From Hyaloraphidium curvatum SAG 235-1 (Eukaryota > Fungi > Monoblepharomycota): a DNA stretch of 64,000 nucleotides. Of this stretch, positions 54,933 to 64,000 are shown one piece after another (within the stretch, counting starts at the first letter, position 1; each line of letters opens with the position of its first letter). The stretch lies in the NCBI GenBank assembly GCA_025558095.1, contig JAIVFI010000019.1:496001-560000 (forward strand), given 5' to 3'. The position numbers and the translations under genes were made by a program. The notes beneath the pieces were generated by a model. That model searched no databases. It was not told the DNA's origin and saw only the letters and a list, made by a program, of their open reading frames with translations.

Positions 54933-55864
54933 CTACACCGCCCTCGCCTTGCCCTGCACCGCCAGCCGTCGCAGGTGGCTCGCGTGGTGGTCCCTGAGCG
55001 AGTCCGCGCGCGAGAAGCGCATGGGGCACCCCTCGATCGGGCACCGGAATGGCTGGATCGAGAGGTGCAGGGCGCGGTGGCGGCACAGGTTGCCCGAGGT
55101 GGTGAACGTCTTGCCGCAGCCTGCGAGGGGATATTAGCAATGCGTTGCGGGAGAGGGAGGAGGGGAGGGGACGCACCAGACCACGTGCAGGCGTATTTGC
55201 GCCGCTTGGCGGCGGTCGCCTCGTCCTCGACCTTTGGTGGCGGCCGCTTCGGCGGCTCGGGCACGGGCGGGGGCTGCGGCTGCGCGTGCCGCATGTGCTG
55301 CATCGGCGGCGCGGGCGGCGGGGGGCCCAGGTGCGGCGCCCAGAAGGGCGGGGGGGGCACGTGGGGCGGCATGGGGTGCGGGTAGGCGGGCGGGGCCATC
55401 CACGGCGGGTAGGCGGGCGGCAGGTGGTGCTGCGGCAGCGCGAGCGGCGAGAAGGCGGGGGAGGGCGGGTGCGCGGGCGAGGCGTCGGCGAGGGTCAGGG
55501 TGCCCGAGGACGTCGAGGACGACGACGAGGCGCGGCAGGGGCGCCCGGGGTCCGCGGCGCAGGCGGACGCGTCGCAGCCGGCGCTGCAAGCCAGGGTCCT
55601 GCTGTCGTCGTCGTCGTCGCAGAGCAGCGACACGCGGCGGCCCGCTGCGTCAAGGCCCGACAGCGGGTGGGCGGTGCCGGCGGCGCCCGCCGCCCCGGCC
55701 GGCGGCGGGCTTCCGCACGGCGCGCCGTCTGCGGGGAACGCATCCTTGTGCGGCGAGGGCCGCGGCGGCGCCCACAGGCCGGCCGGGGGCGCGGGGAGGT
55801 CCGGCCGGTCGGCACAACTGGGGTCCAACGCGGCGGAAGCCATGGCTAGCAGCGCCAGCGCCAT
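54933..55864 (-). CDS. C2H2 zinc-finger transcription factor (two fingers, Nrg1-like)
   Basis: YACTWS|GCGKTFTTSGNLCRHRALH and FRCPIEGCPMRFSRADSLRDHHASH. Intron at about 55122-55175. Confidence 0.85.
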
Positions 55865-56304
55865 GGCGGCGTGTCCGGGGCGGGGCCGGCAAGGCGGAGG
55901 GGCGGCGGGGCGCGCGGGGCGGCCGGGCGGGGAGCTCGGGTGGAGATGGGATGCAGGCGGAGAAACCGAGGTTGGATTGCGAGGATCCAGACGCGGCGGG
56001 AGCGGCAATCGATGGCTGGCGTCCGAATTTCCGAACAACCCAAAGCCCGCTTCCCGCACCAAACAAACACGTGCCAGGCTCCACAGACACCGCTGGCAAG
56101 GCCACGAACTGGTTGCAAACTAGCAGGAACATCGCGCTCATGGGCCGCCACGCCGATCGTAGAGTCAGCTCAACTCCGCCCGAACCGCACGAGTCTAGGC
56201 CTTCCGGCCGTCTTTTTTTCGTCCTCTTTCCCCCTTTTTTTCGAGCATCGGCCATCCAACCCAGCCTCCAACCGGATCCGGATCCGGGATCCGGCCAGGC
56301 AATG

Positions 56305-58182
56305 TCATTCGTAAGCGGGGGGAGGAGGAGGCGGCGGCGGGTAGTCCGTCGTGCCCCCATAGGTTCTGCTCAAAGACGGCGGCGGCGGAGGAGGCGGCCT
56401 GCGGAACGGGTTCGCCCCCGATCCGGCATCGGGAGGCGGCGGTGGCGGCACCGAGGGGGCGGGCAGGCCCATCGGCGCCGGCACCGGGCTTGGCGCCCTG
56501 ATCTCGTGCGGCCGGCCCAGCGACTCCATCGGCGGCGGCGGAGGTGCGGGCACCGCCATGATGCCGGGGCTCGCGTCCGGGGCGGTGGAGACGTACGAGC
56601 GGCGGCGGGAGAGCACGGCGGCGATCCTGCCCTTGCGGGTCTCCTTGAGACGGATGCGGTAGTCCTCGTACTGCTTGCGCGATGCGTCGACGGCCTGCCG
56701 CCTGCGGGCGACTTCGGTCTGGATCCGACGGCCACCGTCAGAGATCCTGTCGGCAAGGCGGCACAGCATTGCCACCCACCGCCGCCCAGGCCTTGATACC
56801 CGTAATTGTCTGAAGCTGGGAGGCCATGCGGTCTCTGTTGGCTCTCAGCTTTTGCCCCATGTACATATCCCTGCATCAGGAGGCGTCGGAGAGCGGCGGG
56901 AGGCGGTGCACGGCGGGATCGATGGGATCGGGCGTCAGTCACCCAGGCCCCACCGGCCCGGCCGACGTACGGCCACCCCCGGACCACCCACGTGAAGACG
57001 TTGTCGAAGACGATGTCCATGACCATGTCCGTCCCCGAGATGCTGATGTTCTGCAGCCCCGGGATCCCCGGCATGAGCTGCCTGACCTGCCCCAGTATGG
57101 CGTTGCACCGCCCCCCGTGGTCCCGCGCGCGCGAGATGGCGTGCTGCTTCATGATGTCCACGCCCGCGGAATCGGAGAACATGTCGACGGTGTTCATGCT
57201 CGAGGCCTGGTCCAGCGCGCGCACGGCGTTCTGGCCCTCGGATTCGGCCTGCGTGAGGAGCGAGAGGATCTGCTCGTGCATGGGGAGATCCTGCTGGGCC
57301 TGCGACGTCGGAGACGCGTGCGTCAGCTCCCCGTCCGCTGCCAGTGTCCCGAACGGGGACCGACCGACCTGCTGGAGGTACACCAGGCACGTCTGCACGT
57401 CGTTCTCGAGCTGGTCGTCCTCCGGGAACTCGGGCGTGAATCCCCCGAAAACCCGCTCCAGCAGAGCGTCCAGCTGCGCCTTCAGCTGGCTCGAGTGGTT
57501 CTGCATGCCCTTCAGCCGGTTGAGCTCGTTCGTCGCGGTGGCGAGCTCGGCCGAGAGGGTGGCCAGGGCGGCGGTCTTTTCCTTCTCGCGCTCCTGGGCC
57601 GCAACGTACTGCGAGACTTCCTTCTGCATCTTGGCGTCGAAGTTGCCTGGTTGTCGGGGGAGGGTTGTCAGCGGGAAGACCGACTGTGAGGCGAGGCAGG
57701 ATTGGCGAACCTCCGATCTTGCCCTGTGAGTCAAAACCACCGCAAGGCCGCGTCAGCACGTCCGAAACGGCTGGCAGATCACGGCATCGACCCACCTTGA
57801 GGGCTTTGAAGCTCCACCCGCTCTCCATCCCCTTGACGTCCCTCCCCTCCTTCAGCCTTTGTCCCAACGCGTCAGACCCCGTCCTCCCATCTCCCAATAA
57901 GCGCAAGGACGACCCACGTCTGCTCCTTTGCCCTCTGGAGCTCTTGGCTAGCAGCGGCGACGGACGCGCTCAAGCGGCTGACGTATCCGTCCTGCGGCGC
58001 CAGCCGCGCGTTGACCTCCACGTCCAGCTGGGCGATGGTGTCCGTCAGGTGCGCGAACTCGCCCAGCGCGGCCTCGATCTTGGCGCTGCTGCGGGGTTCG
58101 GAGCCGCCCGAGGGAGGCGGGGGTGGCGGCGCGAGGCCACCCGAGGGGGCCCGGGGGGGCGGCGGGGCGGGGGGTAGGACAT
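56305..58182 (-). CDS. Hypothetical coiled-coil protein with Pro-rich termini
   Basis: Spliced ORF segments, including FGGFTPEFPEDDQLE and DIVFDNVFT. The apparent start MSYP is out of frame with the next segment within a G/C homopolymer. Confidence 0.6.
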
Positions 58183-58610
58183 GTCGGAGAGGGCGGGACG
58201 GTACTCGCGCGGAAAGGTGGAGGAACGGTTCCGTACGCCGGGAGGCACGACGCGGAGTCGGCTCCGTGGTGGTGGCGCAAGGGAACTGCTGTGCCGATAG
58301 CGTCCGCAGCCGGGGCGGAGCCGCGGATGACGAGGCTAGACGGATGGCGTAGGCGACAGACGCGCGCTGGATTGGTCGACCTGCTTGCGGACGGTTGTTT
58401 AGGGCCGGAGGATGGCTAGGAGACGCTGACCGTGTCGACGAGTGAGGTTGCCAGTCGGTCTCGCACTTGGGACACACTCCGAGCTGCAAATTGAAAAGGC
58501 CAAGCTACTAGATTTGGCTATACTGACTGCACTATTGGCTGCTCGCTCCGTTCGAGGTGATTGACACGCATCGCCCAGACAGCGCGGGTTCTCGGCCGCT
58601 GTCCGCAGCA

Positions 58611-58991
58611 TCATCCCACGATAGCCTGCGCAATGGTCAATCCGACATTGGCCAACTCCACGGTCTTCTTCCCCGCTTCCCCTATCCCCCCGGTGCCCGT
58701 CTTCTTCGGTGCGTCGCTCGGGGCGTTTGGCGCTGGCTGGCCGTCGACGACGACCTCCTTGGGCGCGGGCCCGTTCTTCTCCTCGTCATCATTTTCGTTG
58801 CACTTGATCAGCAGGCACCTGATCAGCTCGAAGCCCACCCCGATTGACCCAAAAATGAGAAGGCCGGTCCCAGTACCCAGGAGGGCACCCTTCTGGCCTG
58901 CCGCGAGGCCGTAGCATATGGCCCCGGCAATGAGAATGAGAAAGGAAACAATGGTGATGCCAATGTGCTGATCTGTCGTAAGCGTGACCAT
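58611..58991 (-). CDS. Small two-TM membrane protein
   Basis: Two hydrophobic helices followed by an acidic/Pro-rich tail. Confidence 0.5.
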   Translation of the reverse strand: MVTLTTDQHIGITIVSFLILIAGAICYGLAAGQKGALLGTGTGLLIFGSIGVGFELIRCLLIKCNENDDEEKNGPAPKEVVVDGQPAPNAPSDAPKKTGTGGIGEAGKKTVELANVGLTIAQAIVG

Positions 58992-59310
58992 TATGCGGAT
59001 GGTTCGCGCGGAATCGACGGTGGAACGCTGGAAGGCCGGGTGAGCCCTCGACAAACTCCGAAGCAGGCAAGGTTTATCCATACCTCTTCTCCAACGGAAG
59101 CAGAGCAAAGCTCAGTGCTCTTCGGTGCGCACGCAAATGTGGTTCGGACGTCCCGTGCTGGCTGGCGGGCCCATTGCGTCAGCCGTGCCCGTTCGCTCCT
59201 CCGTGCGCAGAGCCGCACGGCCGCCCCGAGCAAACGCACAGAGGAAACACCGGCAGAGGGCTACGTACCGGTCGCCAAAAAGTAGTTGCTTTGTCCGATG
59301 ATTTGAGTTT

Positions 59311-59360
59311 GATTGACTGATTCTCCGATGATTGACTGACTGACTGACTTTTGATTGACC
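59311..59360. repeat. Degenerate (TGAC/TGAT)n microsatellite
   Basis: gattgactgatt...attgactgactgactgacttttgattgacc. Confidence 0.6.
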
Positions 59361-59713
59361 AACTTTCCGTCCGCAGCATTGACTGGCCCATCGACGCTAC
59401 CTATGCCATCCCTCTGCTAGTCCATGCTACCGCACCGGTTCTGCCGACCTTCGAGGAATGCGAGGAGATCCTCGGCCTGGTCGAAGACGCGATCAAGATC
59501 AGGAGGCGCAGGGCGAGCGGTCAAGTCGTCGCATGAAGTCGGTCTGGATACACGAGCAAATGCTTCGATGCTTCAGAAAGACGCACTAGCTCCCACCGAT
59601 GTCGTCTCGATGTCATGCACGCGAATCAGCGTGCGTAGGGCGCGCCCCGTCGGACACCTTTTACGGCGCGACCTCCGTCCCACTTTCCACTTTCCTCTCG
59701 TTCCCATCGCGCG

Positions 59714-61616
59714 ATGTCGGCGTGCGCGAACTGCGGAGCGCCGGCGACGAAGCGGTGCGGGCGCTGCAAGTCCGTCGAGTTCTGCAGCGAGAACTGCCAG
59801 CGTGTCTATTGGAAGCGAGGTCACAAGAAGGCCTTCGTGGATGCCCCGCCCGACCTCGGCTCCATCCGTCTCTCCACGCCCGTGGATGCGAATCCCCTCA
59901 ATCCTCGTTCCGCGGAGTTCCGACTGGCCGACCTCCTGCCGCACATGCTTGCGGGGACCACCGGGTTCGTCGCACCCGTGTCGCCGGAGGACCGCGCGGA
60001 GGAGGCCGGACCGACGATACAAGTGGAGATGCCGCAAGAACGCGCCAAGGTCACCAAGATCCGCGCGCGCGTCGTTCTGCTGCCGACCTTCCGCGACCTC
60101 CTCGCACGCACCGGTCGGGGCATCGTGACGACCTTTGCGGACGTGCAGACCGGCAGGAATCTCGGTCCACGCGAGCAGAACACCATCAAGCTTGCGATGA
60201 TGATGCTGAACCACTGGGCAAAGGACGAACCGCCGCGCGCGCATGTGCTGGAAATGATCCCGAGATGCTCGCAGCGAGTGCGGGTCCGTTCCTTTTCGTC
60301 GCAATATCCAGGGTTCCGTAGGGCGAACGGTGCCCGGAACGCGTCTTTCCCGCTTTCGCCAGGGCTCTAATCCTTGGTGACGTCGAGATGGCCAAGCTGA
60401 TGCTCGCTGGAAGGGCCACTCCATCGGTCCCCATGGGTTCCGTCGACCTTGCGAGCTGAACTGCTGACTGACGGAGACGCAGCTCTTCCCCATCTGCAAG
60501 AACCAGCCGGTCTCCATGCTCGCCGCGGCCATCGCGGGCCCATTTGTCGGCAACGCCCAGTGCGTGCCGTCCAGGGACATGCAGATGAAGGTGCTTGACG
60601 CGGTCAGGTTCTGCATTCGCGAACTTCGATGCGACGGGAACGAGCCGACCGGGAACCCCCTGTTCGTCGTCAACCCGAACATGGATATCAAGAACCCCGA
60701 GAGCATCTTCTTCGATGGGCAATGCCCGGCAGTTTCCGTCGACACGGAGATCGTCAGGCCTTTGCATATCCTGAGCCAGATCACCGGCCCCCGGGCAATT
60801 TGCTACGCCGTTGCACTCGAGATCGGCCAATGTCTCGTGGAAGGCGGTGCGGATCCGGACGGCGTCAACAACACCGGGCACACCCCTTTGATTGCGGCTC
60901 TTTTCGAGGAGGTCACTCGGCCGGACTTCAAGGGGAACGAGTCCAACAGGCCGCACTACATCGGCATCGTCGGATTGGTCCGGATGCTCCTGACTCTCGG
61001 TGCCAAACCGAATCTCCCCTCCACCTCGCCGAGCAGCCTCATTTCGCCGCTCTCCGTTGCCGTGATGCTTTCTGGCGACGAACAGGCGGTGGCCGTCGGG
61101 CGCCTGCTGCTCGAAGGCGGTGCCGACTTCACCCCCGTCAGCTACCCTTACACACGCGAAGGGCCCGACGGGGAGGACATCCTGCTCGCTTTCGACTACC
61201 TGAAGGTCGCTGTTAAGATGGGCAGGGTCGCGTTCGTCAAGTTCGCCCTCACCGAAGCGAAACTGGATGCCGACATCCAACTCCCTTCCTTTTACTTCGT
61301 GCCTCTGCTCATCTACGCCGTCATGGAAGGTTTCGTGCCCATGGTTCGCATGCTGCTGGAGAACGGGGCGACGGTGTCAAAGGAGACATGGGGGTGTGCC
61401 AGCGGCATGCTCAAGGATGCGCGGAAGGGGCACCACGTGCCGCATGGCTTTTCCGATTCCGAGCTGGCAAGGAGGAGGGCGCTGGGCTCAAGGGTGTTGC
61501 CGACGGTCGAGGAGCGCGGGAGATCCTTCGGCTCGTGGAGCAAGCGATGGACCGGCGCGCGATGCTTTGAGGCTTTCGCTTTCGGACGTGGACGAGATCG
61601 AGACAGGTGGAAGTGA
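59714..61616 (+). CDS. MYND zinc-finger + ankyrin-repeat protein
   Basis: CANC...RCGRCKSVEFCSENCQRVYWKRGHKK, then ankyrin-like GADPD..GHTPLIAA, LLTLGAKPN and LLENGA. The 3' end is uncertain (61570 or 61616). Confidence 0.75.
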
Positions 61617-61821
61617 GGTTCAGCAACTTTCGTCAACTTCAATCTGTGGCACACGATGGTCTACTTGCTGCGCGATGCGACGTTCTACTTTCTATCGATG
61701 TTGAATCGCGTGATACCTGCTATACACTGCTTTGTTTCCCCCCGTTTCGACTTCTGGAGTAGTTGGTGGAACTTGCCGTCCACAATAGGCCGAATCAGGG
61801 AAAGCTCCCGCCGTGCCTCGG

Positions 61822-63993
61822 TCACTCGTAGCCCTCGCCGGACCCGCGCCTGCAGCGGCAGTTGGGGTACGGTCCAGAGCAACGGTAGCAGAAGTGGTTT
61901 CTGCATCGGGTGCTTATTCCGGAGAGCGACGTCAGGGGGAGATGGGACAAACACGGGCCGAGCGCTCTCACCAGGTGATGTGGTTGCATCCGTCCACCTT
62001 TTCCACCATGATGCCGCAAAACGGACACTTCTGATCAGGGGTGACGGTTAGTCCCATGCGGGGCTCTCGCTGGATGAATGCCCACCTTCCAGCCCTCGCG
62101 ATCGGCGATGGCATTGAATGCAGCATCGGGCTCCGCGGGATTGAAGGCAACGGGCTCGATGGGACCCGCCTGAGGAAGCCTCCGCTCAGCGATCCGATCG
62201 AGCATACGCTGACGGCGGATCCCGTCCCGAGCTAGCCGCTGTTGAACGTCTAGGAGCTGCATTTCCAGCCGCGCCATCTCCACGTTGAGGTCTTCCAGAC
62301 GCCTGTCCGTTGGCTCCATCTCTTGCCAGAGGTTTGCAAGTTCCATTTGGTGCTCGACAAGAACCGGCCGGCGCGAATCCTGGAAGGGCTCCTCTTGCTG
62401 CAGCCGTTCGATACGCCGGGCGAGCTCCTCTCGCTCGCGGCGCGCTTCGCGTATCGTGCGAAACAGTTCGTCCCGCCCGATCTCCTCCCGCATGCGCCTG
62501 ATCCTGTCCTCCTCGCGCCGCCGCACCTCCTCTTCCCCGCGCCTGCGCTCTTCCTCGTTTTGCCAGCGCTGCAATTCATCCTCGGTCTCGGCACGCTCGC
62601 CGCGCGAGAGCTGAGCGAGCATGTCCCTCACGCGCTGGAAGTCGCGAGCGATATCGCGGTCGCCAGGCACGCTGTTCTGCAGGGCTTGCAGAGCCTGCGC
62701 GGTCTCACGAATCGCACGAGTACGGGCCGCAGGAGCCGAATGCACCCGAACGAGTCGGTTGTAGGCAGACAGGTCCTGGAAGTGAGGGAAGGCCACGAGG
62801 AGCGGATTCACAGGTCGCTGGTCGAGCTGGGCCGTGGCCGCAGCAGGTGATACGTCACGAGAATCACCGTTCGCGTCGGCGGCCCGTTGGGGAGCAAGCA
62901 AAGAGCTTCCAGAGATCACGTCCCACCAGCGCCAGGTGAGGAGGTAAGCGAGTCCGCGCAAAACGCGGCCGACGGCCTCACGGGCCGTTTTCGATCCTTT
63001 GCCCTTGCGTATCCTGTCGATCTCGGCTTCGACCTGCTCCCGAAGCCTAGCAAAGGCATCGAGCTCGGGGCCAAGGACGTCGTTCGGGGTCGCCTGATCC
63101 GTGGTGGCGTCCTCGATCTCCGATGCCGACTCTTCTGACAAATGCTCGTACGCGTCGAGGAAGCCGAGCGACGTCGACACAACTCGATCGAAGGAGCGGA
63201 GCGCGAGCTGCGCCGAATCCTCGGTCTCTTCCCCAGGAGCAGCAAAAGCGGCAAGGAGAGTGCGCATGAGGCCGATGTTGACGCCGACGTGGTCGGCCAG
63301 AATGGTGCGAAGGGCATTCAGACGGTGCTGAGGGAGCGAGCCTCCTCCGATGTACCGGAGAAGACCGGGGACGTCGCTTTCCTGCCCCTGCACGCCGGGT
63401 CCCATGGCGGCACCCAGCGTGCCGCCAAGCCTCAGCTCCGCCTCGAGGAGCTCGCGGGCGGCGTTCTGGTGGGCATGCTGCGCGCAGACCAGGCCCAGGT
63501 GGAACGGCCTCGCGTTGCACAAGACGCACCAAGAGCCGCACCTGTGGCAGGCACGGCCGGTGTCGGGAAGGGATATGGTCCACGAGTTGGGGCAGGTGGG
63601 GCAGCGGACGAGCCCGCTGCTCGCCCGCTGGGCTTCGACGAGGTTCTCGTAGGCATCGCGCTCGGAGCCCTGGTCGGACGCCTCGGAAGCAGGGCTGTCC
63701 TGGCCGGGTGCCCGCACGAGGAAAGGCAGCAGCTCCTCGTTCGTCAGTAGACCGTGCTTGGGGTCATTGGGGCGCTCGGCGGCGCACCCCGGGCAGCGGA
63801 TCTGCGGGCGGCGCTCGGCTGCGACGGTCTGCACGTGTTTAACCAGGCACCCTCCGCAGTAGCGGTGCTGCTCCGGCGAGCCCGAGCAGCTGTTGAACGC
63901 CTGGAAGTCATTGCGGAACGCGGTGCTTCCGCAGAGGTCGCAGGCCCGCTCTTCGACGAAGGCATCTTCAAAGAGGTCGTCTGAAAGGTCCAT
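61822..63993 (-). CDS. RBR (RING1-IBR-RING2) E3 ubiquitin ligase with a long helical insert
   Basis: RING1 CDLC...HRYCGGC...CPGC and IBR CPTC...CHRC..WCVLC...H...C. Spliced RING2 reads WK|KCPFCGIMVEKVDGCNHITC|TRCRNHFCYRC. Confidence 0.88.
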
Positions 63994-64000
63994 GTCCGGG

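Noticed and set aside
56272-56294. (GGATCC)n-like palindromic repeat
   Set aside because: Very short simple repeat in a 3' UTR/intergenic region, with no evidence of function.
58160-58182. Programmed frameshift at the start of the coiled-coil gene
   Set aside because: It lies in a G/C homopolymer, so an assembly indel or an alternative start is more parsimonious.
1-64000. CRISPR arrays, tRNA/rRNA genes, or a bacterial origin for the whole window
   Set aside because: No repeat-spacer array or structural RNA was seen. Pervasive spliceosomal introns and eukaryote-specific genes show this is a eukaryotic genome.

Overview
Gene-dense, GC-rich eukaryotic DNA. It has many short (~50-80 nt) GT-AG introns with CTGAC/CTAAC-type branch points, and the gene content is fungal; an early-diverging chytrid/monoblepharid-like lineage is my inference, not verified. 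About 35 genes or gene relics are visible. Housekeeping genes include a CFIm68-like RRM protein, rhamnose 3,5-epimerase/4-reductase, SFM1, Derlin, a GH47 mannosidase, a P5B-ATPase, PhyH, an FGGY kinase and an RBR ligase. Cell-surface proteins include a tandem-LRR receptor-like protein, a furin-site/TM protein and a cupredoxin-fasciclin fusion. Three intronless bacterial-type genes (NUDIX, GrpB, HAD) sit beside a decayed LINE 3' end. A possible AKR/esterase/BVMO catabolic cluster lies at 46-55 kb. The most notable structure is a ~3.8 kb IS630/Tc1-type (DD34E) transposon at 41951-45720. It is bounded by imperfect inverted repeats and carries, tail-to-tail with the transposase, a spliced gene for a PHD-finger/Zn-finger protein; it is inserted just upstream of the PhyH start codon. 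All calls come from motif recognition by eye, with no database searches.
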